Positions 46,656 through 59,382 of a stretch of 64,000 bases of DNA are shown in pieces (within the stretch, counting starts at the first letter, position 1; each line of letters starts with the position of its first letter). The notes under the pieces were generated by a model. The model did no database searches and was not told the origin of the DNA. It worked only from the letters and a program-made list of their open reading frames with translations. Location of the stretch: the NCBI GenBank assembly GCA_009103225.1, contig RHPI01002368.1, positions 1,025,226 through 1,089,225 of the forward strand, in the 5' to 3' direction. Source of the stretch: Chlorokybus atmophyticus. Its lineage: Eukaryota; Plantae; Mesostigma and Chlorokybus algae. A program made the translations under genes and the position numbers.

Positions 46656-48822
46656 ATGGCTTCCCCCAAGCCGGCATGGCCACTGTCGTGCACGTGCGCC
46701 ATGGTGCTGATGCTGTGCGCTGCGTTCCTCTTGCAACCGGCCGTCTCTGCGCCGTCCAAGGTCGGCGTCGGCCCAGGTGGCCCCCCGCCACCGGCGAAAT
46801 CCCGCTACTACTCGGCGAATGTCAAGCGCAGTATTACAGCATCGGACCCCAACGCCACTGTGGTAAGCAATCAGCAACAACCTGCAGCGGTGGCCAGCGG
46901 ATGCTTATGCTCACTCTGTTCCTGCGTCTGTGGCAGGTGACCGAGACAATCACGGTGCTGTTCGACTTCGGGGCCTCGTACAGCCTGTTGATCATTGTGC
47001 GCTACGACTTCGGGTCTGACCCCTCGGTGCCCGTGCCAAAGGACTTCCATACGAGCATCAAGTTCGTGTTCGACGACGCCGAGTTCCCCCTCCCAAAGCT
47101 CACCGACCAAGACGTCTTGTTCGTGGAGGGCAGCACGCCCAACATCATCGCCTACGCTCTCCTCTACGACCTCCCCGACGTGAGTGCCGGCCCTAACACA
47201 TGCGCATATATAAGCGGCCCATGCATGTACGTGTTGTGCCAGCGCGCGTGCAAAGTCTGAGTGTGTGTTCACGTCTCAGGTGAAGACGGCAGCGAGCAAG
47301 GGGGGAGCCCGTAAGCTGCTTGCCGCGTTGGATTCAGTGCCTGCTCCAGCCCCCGCCGCCACAGAAGAGTACTACACGTTTCTGACAGGCGTGGAGAAGG
47401 AGGCGTACGACTATGCCCTGTACACCCCCGGGTACAGCCCGCTGGCGGCCAAGTTCCTCACCAACTACTTCAATGTGACCCTGGCCAAGGACGCAAGCTC
47501 GCAGACGGCGTCCGCATCTGCCGCGACGGTGGAGGACCACACTACCAACAGGAAAAAGGGGAACAAGGGCAAGACTACTCCAAAGCCCCCGCCCAAGCAG
47601 AACCCCCCTCCCACACCCCCCCAAAAGAAGAATCCCCCACCATCCCCGCCTGACAGCTCCGGCGGATGGTTTTCAAACTTCTTGAATAAATTTCACTTTC
47701 ATTATCACTACGGTTACAGTTTCGAATTTGGCGGAGGTGCGTACATCCACCTTTATGCTATCGGGGAATGCATGCACTGCTCACCATCTAGGTACACATG
47801 TGAGCATCATGTTGTGTTTGCATTGCAGCCGGCTCTGGCAAGAAAGACCCGCACTTTGTGGGTTTCCACGGCCAAGTCTTCAACTTCCAAGGCACCAACA
47901 ATGGCGCATCTGGTTGCGACTACGTGCTCGTCTTTGATCTGCAGACCAACCTGGCCGTAGTGGCGCACTTCTCCGAGCGCGACCTCTACCGCGGTGGACG
48001 GACCAACGAATTCCGCACGTACATGACCGCGATGGCGGTGCACGCGCCTGGTGTCGACCTGGTTGTTGCACACGACAATATCGTGGGCTCCCGCAACGAA
48101 AGCAGCCAGGGCCTTGTGGTGACCTCACGCGACGGTCATGTGCTGGCGGGTATTGACGCGTGCGCCAATGACGCCTGCGTTGTATTCCGACGCCAGGTAG
48201 GCCATGCAGCAGTTGGGCCTAGGTGGGGCGAAGCAGCTCACGCTCACGCTCATGCTGTCTCTTGGGCAGGGTGATCTGATCACGGCGGTCACGATAAAGA
48301 CGGAGGTCGCGGAGGTGGTGGTGTACGCCAACTTCTACGGGCTGGACTTGGACATCCCCTTCATCCAGGCGTCGCCGGAGATCGATGGCGTTCTGGGCCA
48401 GACCGCACGCGAGGGCGGCGGGATGGTTGGTGATGGCGAAAACGGTGCCGGCGTCATCCGAGGCTCGCCCAGCGACTATGGTGAGTGTACACGTAGTTTC
48501 CACTATCAGCTCGAGCTTTGTTGTCACTGACAGTACTGTATGCTGCGGTTGGCAGAGGTGCAGGGCCTGTTTGACTACGACACCTTTGCCGCGCGCAAGG
48601 TAGCTGACCGCAACGCAGCTGCGCTCGGCGACAGTGATGCTGGTGCCTGGGGTGATGATGATGACATCGCTGGCATTGACCGTCGCAGTATGATGGAAAT
48701 CAAGCCTGTGGCCCTGCGTGCCTCAGCAGGTGCGCGTGTGCACGTGCAAGTGTGTGAGAATGACATGTGTGTCAGTGGATGTCTACACGTGCGATGGTGG
48801 TGCAGGCGAGTCAGTCAACTGA
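46656..48822 (+). CDS. Secreted proline-rich protein with root-cap (PF06830-like)/VWD-like C-terminal domain, ~558 aa; exons 46656-46862, 46937-47179, 47280-47736, 47829-48196, 48270-48480, 48556-48729, 48806-48822
   Basis: All six introns are GT-AG and phase-consistent. Hydrophobic signal-like N-terminus (AMVLMLCAAFLLQPAVSA), PKPPPKQNPPPTPP linker, DPHFVGFHGQVFNFQG and DGVLGQT motifs typical of root-cap/extensin-like proteins. The last exon is the least certain. Confidence 0.85.
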
Positions 48823-50513
48823 CTACTGCTGTTGCTGCGCAGGATACGCTACTGGTGAGTGAGAGTGGCGGGAGGAGGATAGAGTACCGCTCAGTGTGCA
48901 CCTGTGGTGTATTTGACGTAGGTGAATAAGCTGATAATCGGCACCTTCTAGACCCCGTAGACCCGACCCAAGAAAGTAGACAAGAGCGAGCAGTATTGCT
49001 ACACCCAAGTTACTTTGCAACAAACTGGTTGGACTTAGGCGAGACATATGCATGCCGGTCCCTAATATAAGATTTGGGTGATGATTCCAGCTATTCTAGA
49101 TACGCATCAGATGCAGGATGTGTTGCTGATACTGCATGCAGAGTAAGCTCAACGTTGTCCTTGTCTTTGCTGGCCTCAAGGTGCTTCACTGGCAGTAATA
49201 TGCCATGTGCATGTGGTGACACTGTGCATGGCAAGCTTTAACTTTGTCTTCGTGTTGGCTGGTGCCTTCTTCCATGCATGTATTAGCAGACATTGCTCGC
49301 TCATGTGTAACTGCTCAAACCACCCTTCGTGACAAGTGTCTTTGCCAGCCATTCCCACGCTGTTGACATTCTTATTCTAGGAGTTAAGGTCGTGCTAATA
49401 ATGCTGCACATTTTTAAAGCAAAAGCTACCGACTGCAGGTTGCTGCAGTAAACATCCTACCCAGCAAATTGGGCTGCGATCTACACATACACATGCATGC
49501 GCTGCATACACACAGGGACTACCTGTGTGAAGGGATAATGCCTTTCACAACACATGTATACAGGTATGGGCGATGCACTTGTTGAACATACCTACAGACA
49601 TCCTCAAAGGACGCACATTGTCAACGCGACTGTGCAAATTTACATCACAGCATACTCACCGACATTCATACTTATCACAAACTCGCATGCATGCACGCTC
49701 GGCAAGCACAGCAGGCACATGCGAACGCGTGCGCGCAGCAGCTTCACATACTCGCCTTGAGTCACTACTCTCAGTACAAGAGTACAGCGACTGTTTACTT
49801 GGACTGCCATGCGCATCCACACAATCTTAGGAACACAGTGTTTGCAAGTAGGCACAGTCTCTTGTTAGAGATCAACATACGCATACATACATGCATGTCA
49901 GCAAGTTAGCAATCCCTGTCCTAATGTATAGATCATACGCACAGTTCATGTCCGAACTTGCTGCTTTAACTGCCGTCGCTTGCATGCTCATCTATTTGTT
50001 GTGACGCCCCACCCCAACCATTGTGAGCAGCATGGCTAGCTGCTGCATAACTGTCTGTCTCGACTGCATTGCAGCGCATGACGTTGATGGTGAGATCTAC
50101 AGAGCTTCGCCTCAGCAATGGCAGTGGCTTAGATGCTGTCTCTAGCGCTTCTGGCTGCATGCGCCTCCGCCCTCACCGTGAAGGACTTGTCACGCAAGCG
50201 GTCCAGAAGGGGCAACCTTCTCTTTGATGCTTACAGTCAGGCACCATTCCCGCGCTACCAGCATCAGGAGGCATTCCACTCAGCTATGCCTACAGCCAGG
50301 CATCGACCCCGGCTATTAGCATGGGTCTCGCGCGACACTGAGCAGTTGTGAGTCAATCCTAGTAGGTACCTAGTACAAGTCATAGCCCGTACTAGCTGAT
50401 CCGTTGTGAGTTTGACCTAGGCCTTGTTTAGGTCATTGCGTAAACTAGCCGTCGGCTTTAAACTGCACAGTTGTCACTTACGTGTAGAGGCTTACTACTT
50501 AGCCTCTGTACAC

Positions 50514-53500
50514 TTTATTTATTTTCTTTAACCTAAACAAGAGAAATGTATCAAGAAGAAACATGTACGAGTTGGAGGCAACAAAAGGGCTAATACATGC
50601 TAATCAACAGAGAACACATCACGAACACTAGTATCTAGTGCATGCCAGTGTATCCGAGGAAGAGGAGAAGCGCAAGCTGTAGAGCAGAGGATAGAGCGGC
50701 GAGCCCACAAGTCCGTGAAGGCTGTGAAGCGAGCAAGTCAAATGTCTTCCAGCGGCGAGGACGTGACTAGAAGCCACTCCTCCTTGGCCCGAACTTGAAC
50801 ACTGGAAGCGAGAGAGCACACAATGACAGTCGAGGAGGGGGAGGAACCTGAGTACATCATCGAACGCCTGGCCACCCAGATGTGCCAGAGAGTCAATGCG
50901 CAAAGAGTCGACCACATTGGACAGAGCTGTGTGTGAGAACTAGGAAACGAAGCGTGAAACATGAGCTAGGAAAAGGAGAGGGGAAAAGGGGAGCCGCCAA
51001 GGCGTCTCCATAGAGCAGGGACCCAAGCCCAGACTGCACGAACCAGCGAGCAGCAAAGGAAGAGGTGCTCGAGAGTTTCAAGACATTGCAGAGAGCATGA
51101 CATACACTCCCTAAAAAAGTTCATCTTGGCGCGCCTGTCACCTGTGTGCATAACACTCAGCGGCAAGGATGAAAAGAGAGGGAGCCAATGGACAGCCCTG
51201 TCTCACACTGCGGTGCAGAGCGAAGGGAGAAGACAAGTGGCCGTTCACTAGCACCGAGCTCCAGCTCCCCCCATTCATCGTGCGTACCCATTGCCGAAAG
51301 GTCGGGCCGAAGCCCAAATGCGAGAGCGCGCCGTCTAGAAAGTGCCCGTCTAACCGGTCAGATGCCTTCCCAAAGTCTAGCAGGAGAGGAGCACCGTGCT
51401 GCCCTGTGTGCGCACGCTGCACACACAGGGCAGCGTATAGCGTCCAGGGCCACTAGCACATTGTCCAGGATGTACCTGTGGCGTACAAAGCCTGCCTGCA
51501 ACGGGTGGACTGCCGTAGGAAGCACAGGCGCCACGCGAACTGCTAGGGCTTTGGCCAGAATCTTGTAGTGGGTGGGCAGCAGCGTGATGGGCCGCCAGTT
51601 GCGAAGGTCAGACTGTTCTCTCCTTTCTTGTGCAACATGAGGATGACCCCCTCGCGCTGACCTTCACCCAACTGCCCTTCCGCTAGAACATGTTGAGTAA
51701 AGAGAATATTCCTCCCGTAACAGCGGCCATGCAGTCTGCCAGAACGCCGTGGTGAGGCCGTCCTTGCCTGGGGCTTTGTGCGGGGGCATGCTCTGTAGTG
51801 CAGCGTGCAACTCAAGCAGTGTCAGTGGAGACTCCAAGACCTGAGCTTGTTGAGCGGAGACCTTCCTATTCAATGCCTGCCAACACTGTCGGGCTGCAGC
51901 TGCCTTTGCTGCTGGCGGGGAGGGCGAGGAGGTGTATAGCTTGTGATAGAGCTGCTGAGACCTCGTCCAACATACCACTAATGCTGGTCACCGGTGTTGG
52001 CAAGGTCTTATGGGCATGAGTGACAAAATGAAGCACGTGCGCATGAGTGTGAAAACGGCCTTGGGAAAGAAGAAGGAGGTCATCCGCTCCCCTTCAAGAC
52101 GTCAGCGGGCGCTTGAGCGTATGGCAGCACCTTTTTGCAGCACCCGAGAGAGTGCACCTAGATTAGTCAGCAGACGGGAGTGCTCTAGTTGAATGGCTGT
52201 GTCTCCAGGACTAGCAGACAACGCCGCATCACATCTGCCCAGCTGGTCCTGCAGATGATGTAGCTGCCTGTTGTGTTGTTGCCGTACAGTGTGCCAGTGC
52301 TTCCGCGCCATCATGGCAACCTTCGCAAGCCCAGCTTCAAACCATCGTATGTAGGCCTGCCTGGAGTGCGGAGAGGTAAGCCGGTGCAGCTGCCACAGAC
52401 TTTCCAACTCTGCCATAAAAGAAGAACGCTTGAGAAGAGCGGGGTTGAGCTTCCACAAGCCCGGGCCCTGGTCCACATCCAAGCCAGAGCGTATAGATAA
52501 ATGCACTGGCTTATGGTCAGACAGCCACTCCTCCTGCAGGATTGAGGAGCTGTCAAAGAAAGTACTGAGAGTGGCGGAAGCATAAAACCGATCAAGGCGC
52601 GCAAGCCTGCGGCCTGTCCTCACGCCTGTTGTCTCAAGTGAAGGCGCGAGTGCCAGAGTTGCAGCTGCGCCACACATGCAAGGCCATCTCCCCCACCATT
52701 GCATGAAGACCACCTGCGTCTTCCATGCTAGAGAGTCTACCATGGCGAGAGCGATCCTCATCCACATCCTCCACACAGTTCCAGTCACCACCCAGCAAGT
52801 ACCAATCCGTGTGAGGGAGGAGAGAGGGGAGTGTAGAGAAGAAAGCGTCTCTGGCCTCTCGCGTGTCCAAGGGTGCGTACACACTGGCGAGGAGAAGGAC
52901 TCCACCAAACCAACGAACACGCACCCAACAGCATCTAGCAGGGACGGCCACGCCTGTGTCGATGATATAGTTATGCCAAGCTGGTGGGCACAGGATTGCC
53001 ACCCCCCCGCGTGTGCCTTCCGCAGGGCCCACACACTCGTGCCCCGCCAACAACATTTCGCCGTCCATTGGGCAGCTGGTGACGTTCCTAGTTTGGTCTC
53101 TTGCAACAGAAGGACTCCATCCTTCGACAAAGACCATGAGCGAAAGCGGGTGATTGCCGATATGCGACGCCGACCATGCGAAGATGCACCTGCCAAGCTT
53201 GACTGATTGCCGTTCCTGCCTTGAACATTCCACGTCCACACGGAGAACGTGGACGTGAGACTTGAAGACGCTTGCATCAGTCAAGGCCCAACACCCGCTC
53301 CCAAGAGTATGGCGCGCCTTGAGGAGGGGTTCCGCCAGCCAAAGGCCATGACGGACATGATGAAGGGTGCTGAGCGGAGGTGTTGGCGGTGACGTGAGAA
53401 GCGTGCTCTAACACCTCCAGCACCTGTGCCTCAACGAGGTCGTGGCTGCTTCCCACAACACCCTCAACAAGGAGTGGATCAACCCACAGCACATCCTCCG

Positions 53501-56500
53501 CGCCTGAGGTGGGGGGGGGGGACATTACTTCCTCGTCGTGCCACAACCATGTGTGAACATGGTATGACATGCCGTCTGCAGCCATGTGCATGAATGAGAG
53601 CTCCGGGCTTGGAGTAAAATGTGCAGACTCCGGGACGCCCAGCATGGCCGAAGCCAGCCCCCGCGCCTGCCTATCATGGTCGGAGGGAGAGGGGTCCGCT
53701 GGCAAGGTAGCCGGGATGGTTAGCTTGTCGCCGTTCTGGCGAACCAGACCCAGCCACCAGCACTGGGCCGCATACTTGTACACCAGGACTGCCAGAGCAT
53801 GCGGGTGGGGTGCAAGTCTCTCCGAAGGGGTGGTGGTGATTGCGGGGAGAGGGGGGTGTGACGGGAAGAGCTGCAATTTTCTTCTTACCGACGGGGGGCC
53901 TCCCGGAAGGGTGTGATGGGATGGGGGAGGGAGGCGGGGAACGGAGGAGCTGTCCATTTGGGATGGGGAGGCGGACATTGCGGGGTGGTGTGGGCGAGGA
54001 GTAGTGTAGGGAGACTCCGAGAAGTCCGTGTGTGAGGAGGAGGGGTGAGACGGTGATGATAGCGGAGTGCGTGCATGTTGCTCCCACCATGTGCGCATCG
54101 CGGAGGCTATCATCAAGGGTGTGATGCGAGGCTTGCCGTGCTTGCTGAGTTTGGGGCGGGCCTGGGCTTGCCACTCCGACAAGGACACCCATTGCTGCTG
54201 CGCCGTTGCTTAGTGGCATGCCTCGGCAGGAAGAAGCAGTGGGCAAAGAACGAATAGGCATGGATGCAATGGCGTGCCCCCCGCGAGTGGGCTTGAGTTT
54301 GAGACAGACGACTCAAGCTCAGCGTCCTCCCTGGTGGCGTCTAGTGACACACCGGCCTGCTCCAGCGTTGCCCGCAGTATGGAGCAACAATGTTGCATGC
54401 CGTCAGCCTCACCCTGCGCAGAGGGGAGGAGGTTGCCAAAATGCAGCCCCGTGCTGCGTTGTGTTGTGTCCGTGAGAAGTAGGGACAAGCAGTCAGAGGA
54501 GTCCCCTGCGTTGGCAAGCCCCACGGGGACAATAAACGCCGTCTCCCATGCTGAAGAAGAAGGCTTGAAACCCGCATCCTGAAGCAGTTCTCCCAACCAG
54601 AGACGCTGTTGGGGATGGCGATCAGCCTGGGTTGTGCGAGCAGCTTGCACTGGCTGGTCGTAGGGGACCATCCCACCAGCAGGCGGGGCTGGCGGGAGGC
54701 CATCCTCCTCATCCTGATCGTCACACCACAGCTTTGAGGGTGACGGATACGGAGCCACACGCGGGGAGGGTGCTCTGCGCGCAGCGGCGGAAGCTTCGTC
54801 TCCAGCCAACCTTCCAGCGTTTGCTGCTGGGTTGGGCCATCAGCAGTCATGCGAGGCAGCTGCTGAAGGTCGAGAGCAAGGTCTGCGCACGAAGCGCTGG
54901 CAGAGGGTGTGGGTGGGGTGGGGTGGGGAGACGAGGGGGGGGCCTGCGCAGCTGCCTCGCATGACTGCTGATGGCCCAACCCAGCAGCAAACGCTGGAAG
55001 GTTGGCTGGAGACGAAGCTTCCGCCGCTGCGCGCAGAGCACCCTCCCCGCGTGTGGCTCCGTATCCGTCACCCTCAAAGCTGTGGTGTGACGATCAGGAT
55101 GAGGAGGATGGCCTCCCGCCAGCCCCGCCTGCTGGTGGGATGGTCCCCTACGACCAGCCAGTGCAAGCTGCTCGCACAACCCAGGCTGATCGCCATCCCC
55201 AACAGCGTCTCTGGTTGGGAGAACTGCTTCAGGATGCGGGTTTCAAGCCTTCTTCTTCAGCATGGGAGACGGCGTTTATTGTCCCCGTGGGGCTTGCCAA
55301 CGCAGGGGACTCCTCTGACTGCTTGTCCCTACTTCTCACGGACACAACACAACGCAGCACGGGGCTGCATTTTGGCAACCTCCTCCCCTCTGCGCAGGGT
55401 GAGGCTGACGGCATGCAACATTGTTGCTCCATACTGCGGGCAACGCTGGAGCAGGCCGGTGTGTCACTAGACGCCACCAGGGAGGACGCTGAGCTTGAGT
55501 CGTCTGTCTCAAACTCAAGCCCACTCGCGGGGGGCACGCCATTGCATCCATGCCTATTCGTTCTTTGCCCACTGCTTCTTCCTGCCGAGGCATGCCACTA
55601 AGCAACGGCGCAGCAGCAATGGGTGTCCTTGTCGGAGTGGCAAGCCCAGGCCCGCCCCAAACTCAGCAAGCACGGCAAGCCTCGCATCACACCCTTGATG
55701 ATAGCCTCCGCGATGCGCACATGGTGGGAGCAACATGCACGCACTCCGCTATCATCACCGTCTCACCCCTCCTCCTCNGCTTGCAGCGGAAGCAGGTGGG
55801 AGGTGTCTGGGGGTTGATGATGCGCACCTCCGTGAGGTGCTCCACTCCTCCTGACACGGACTTGATGAGCACGGAAGGGGGGAGCACTGCCTTGCGTTTG
55901 AAGCTAAAGCGCGTAGATGGTGTGGTGAATGAGCGGGGAGCGGAGGCGGCTGAGCGGAGGGGATCGCCAAGCTGACCATACGGAGAAAGGACTTGAGAGA
56001 GAGAGAAAAGGACTTGACGATGCGCTCCCTGGAAGGAGACCCAGAAGTTGTTGTCGTCACCGCCCTCTCTCCAACGAAGCACCGTGACTGGCTTGCCCAA
56101 CAGCGTGGGCAAGCGACGTTGCTCTGCAAGGGCAAGGACGTGCTTTGTGCCGAATGCCGTGTGAAAGAGTGCTTGGATTCCCCCCGCCCGTGTGTAGTGC
56201 ACTGAGGCAATCAGTGGGGCAGCCGGGTGGCGTGCACTCAAAGCTTCTATCCATGTCAAGCGTGACTCTAATGTCTGAGACTCAGTGTATCTGAATCTAA
56301 ACACTAGTGCTCGCTGCTCTAAGACTGACTGCCACCGCTCACACGCACGCTCATTTAGTGAGATAGCATATGCGGATGTGGTGGTGAGGGTGCTAGCAAT
56401 GATGCCCGGAGCGTGTGCAAGATCAGCCATCAACTTAGCTGTGAGAGTGGGACTCCCTGAGAGAGTCCCCTCGATGCCGTTGAGAGAATGAAGGGGTGGC

Positions 56501-56850
56501 TGCCGAGGGGCGCCTGCCACCGCATCCGCCCATGTAGCGGGCTTGAGCACGGGCTCGTCCAGAACTGGAATACCAGGAGACGCTTCTGGTCGCCGATGAA
56601 CGACGCCTCCGAGGGGAGGGAAATCCTCCATAGGTAGCAGAGGAGTCAGGGAGACCTGCCCCCGATCACCAGCATCCACCATGGCTATGGTCTCCGCGTA
56701 GTGCAGCATTTAGGAGCTGCACCAGAAACAGTCAGCTGCGTTGACCAGCTGCTGCAGCGCAGCGGGCAAACTACCGCCGGATCAGACGGGGCTGGAGAGC
56801 CCCCCGGCCCAGGGGTAAGGGACCAGCCTTAACCCCCCCCCCACCCCCCC
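50514..56850 (-). mobile_element. L1-clade-like LINE (ORF1 with zinc knuckle; ORF2 APE-RT-zf), internally deleted and rearranged
   Basis: ORF1 55687-56709 ends TCFRCK at the N. ORF2 starts at 53277: WNVQG, LLLQET, ASVYAP, GGDWNC, RLDRFY, SDHKPV (APE); KAPGKDG, WRPITLL, LLLDFGKA, VRQGCPLAPSLF (RT); ETLEHLF (zf-RVT). The YADD part of RT is missing. A-rich 3' end at ~50514-50530. Confidence 0.92.
54034..55777. repeat. 830-bp inverted duplication inside LINE ORF1
   Basis: 54034-54863 and 54948-55777 are reverse complements (identical mirror ORFs in the track), with an 84-bp spacer. The right arm ends at the single N 55778. Confidence 0.97.
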
Positions 56851-56855
56851 ATTCN

Positions 56856-56937
<82 letters not shown>
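56856..56937. repeat. (CA)n microsatellite, about 40 units
   Basis: Directly visible, next to a single N. Confidence 0.98.
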
Positions 56938-56940
<3 letters not shown>

Positions 56941-57049
56941 CTTCCGTCACCCCCTCCGCCGCCAAGGACGTCCCCTCCTTGCCGCCGCCGCCCCACCCAG
57001 TACGTTCCTCGCAACCACATATTCGCCTCTGTACGTTGATGACATTGTA

Positions 57050-58398
57050 TGTGAGAACTTGGGAATTGAGTAATGAGAAAGCACGGACGTTGATCTTTGG
57101 ATTGATCTGAACTTGCTCTCTAAAGGTTGTGGCTTCATTAAACTGCATCCCCTCGCCGCCCCGGTTGCCAAAACACATTTACACATGAACGAGTCCAGTG
57201 TACACACACGTGCATTGCTTGTCATGTGATTGTGGTTGCGTGGATGCACGTTGTGTGGTCCGCATTAGAGTGTGGTATCTACATGTTGCCCCATTCATAC
57301 ACCTCACTTAACAGTGAAATTATCTTGACCTCATGCAAGGAATTGTATAAGCAGCACTACCTCTAGTAGTGGCTTGTTAACTTACAGTATCATCCTCCTT
57401 ACACAAGTGAGTGTCGTGCATCAGTATTGCTTGCATACTTGCAGTGACATTGGTTGCATCAGTGTTGTGTTATCACTGTCAGCATATAGGGTAGTTATAC
57501 GCACTAGTGTGTTGAGTGGCAGCATTGGGGGAGTTGCAGTGGAGCACACTCTACCTTGCATCCTCCTGCGCTCACCGTGCTACTTGCATGAGTGAGTCTC
57601 GGGCTTTATAGAGACCAATCGTCATCACCGTCTTCCCCTGTTATGGAAGAGAACGCTAGCGACTTCTCCAACTGGTTGGGCTCAAACCTTTCTTATGGAA
57701 GATACGGTGCAGAAGAGAACGACAACAACACCAACAGTCCCCACTCCTCACCAGCACACAATCTAAGACATACTACTTCCCATCATCGACTTGAAGACTT
57801 CGTCGACCATCTCGACAGTGACGATATGGAGTCGACATGCTCCACCATAATCTCACCTTCTCCGGACGTCCGAGCAAAACACCGACGAATGGATCACCAA
57901 GTCCGACTCCAAGATGTGCTACCATAAAATTAAGACCCCCCACTGGTCAGATAGGATGTCCTTTCGCATGGCTGCACAGTGCTTGGATCATGAGACACAT
58001 GAGGTGTGGAGGTGAGTGGCTGCACATCATGAAGTTGAAGGGTACGGAGTTCTGGCTGGCACCGGAGTTGTGCTTGTTGTTGCATCAACCCCTGTCACTC
58101 CCATTGCTTCAGCTGCTCCACTGGCAGACCCTACCCTTACGGCCCTGGCTGCAGCGCAGTTGACAGCTGAGGCAGACATATCAACACACCAGTTGATCAT
58201 GCACTGGTTGGTCGTGAGTTGGCAGCAGCGCAGCGAGCACGTCAATCCCAGGTACAACTGCTGGCATTCAGGCTGATGGCGGAGCAATAAACGGCGTTGG
58301 AAGCAGCTCAAGCATGACATCGAGCCGCTGTGCTTGCGACTCTTATACAGACTCCAGTTCTTCTGGCGGCGGCGGCGCTCGGCGACGGCGATGGCAGG
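57050..58398 (+). mobile_element. Gypsy family D-related copy 3 (diverged LTR end, 5'UTR, start of gag)
   Basis: CACCTCACTTAACA, GCACTACCT.TAGTAGTGGCTTGTT, GCACTAGTGTG and DSDDMES blocks are shared with copies 1 and 2. Confidence 0.75.
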
Positions 58399-59320
58399 TG
58401 TAACGATGCTCGTGCTCACATATGCAGCACACAAATCATACAACACAAGTGTGCAGCTGAGCACAATCTTCACACAGGAACCTTGCCTTCTCCCTAGCAC
58501 GCACGCACGCGTTGAGCACACACGCGCACACAAACACTACTACCTCCCACTCCAAGCAAGAACGCAGCAGCATGCCTTAGATCACGCCTCTCTCAAGCAT
58601 ACACCAGCACACTCGCAGCAAAGAGCGACAAGCAAAAGTTGGTATTACACAATGTTAAAAATACTCCTACATCCAGGCGGACGGTCAGCTTGCCCTCTGA
58701 ATAGGAATGGCCGCGAGAAGGCTCTAGGCGAGGACTCAAGTCGAAAGTTCCAGGCGCGTGAAGGTTCCAGGCGCGGACTCGAGTCCGGAGTCTGGCGACT
58801 TCCAGGCCTGCACGAGAATCGTTATAACTCGGTGGTTACTGCACCGATTTGGGCGTTCTAGAGCTCAGTAGATAGCCCTTGGAAGTAGCTACAAGATGCT
58901 TCTTAGAACGCAGCACTCAGATAAGTGTAGCGAACGTGGTGGCTTCTAGAGTAGACAGGTGTATTCCTGGCGGGTATAAAACCCGCGGACATGATGGCAA
59001 TAGATGGTCTTAGGTTTGTTATTGCAGCCTCTTGGCGTTGGTGTTGGGTGGCGTGCACACATGTGCATGTGTAGGTTTGTCAACGCATCTCAACACACAA
59101 GGGTTTCCTTTCCTTTTATACCAGCACAAGGATATAGCAGCCTAAATAGCAAGCATAAATTTACTACAAAACTCAATTCAAAGGACTCTTATAAGGACAG
59201 GTTGCTGCCACTCGCATCATTGTCCTTTTGGCGGCATCTGGCACTGCACAGCGCGGCATCTATTCAGGTGTGATGTCACATTATGGCAGTGCCATGGCAG
59301 TCACGTCGCCAACTTGGCAG
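58399..59320 (-). mobile_element. Partial Gypsy LTR related to 61625-62267, split by a solo LTR
   Basis: Starts TGTAACGATGCTCGTGCTCACA (rc of the 62267 LTR end). Homology resumes after 59100 (CTGGCACTGCACAGCGCG). Confidence 0.88.
58653..59095 (+). mobile_element. Copia family B solo LTR
   Basis: TGTTAAAA...TCTCAACA with TSD CACAA (58648-58652 and 59096-59100). Reverse complement homolog of 37797-38201. Confidence 0.95.
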
Positions 59321-59382
59321 TTGACACAGAATCTCAAACTGCCATCTTTTGCTCGATGGGTCCTGCAGAACAAACACGTCTG

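Noticed and set aside
54210-54809. OTU-like protease domain in LINE ORF1
   Set aside because: The NAGDSSDCL segment only loosely resembles DGNC and I cannot find the other catalytic motifs.
57028-57055. Copia RT remnant (LYVDDI)
   Set aside because: Six residues with no flanking RT similarity; compatible with chance.
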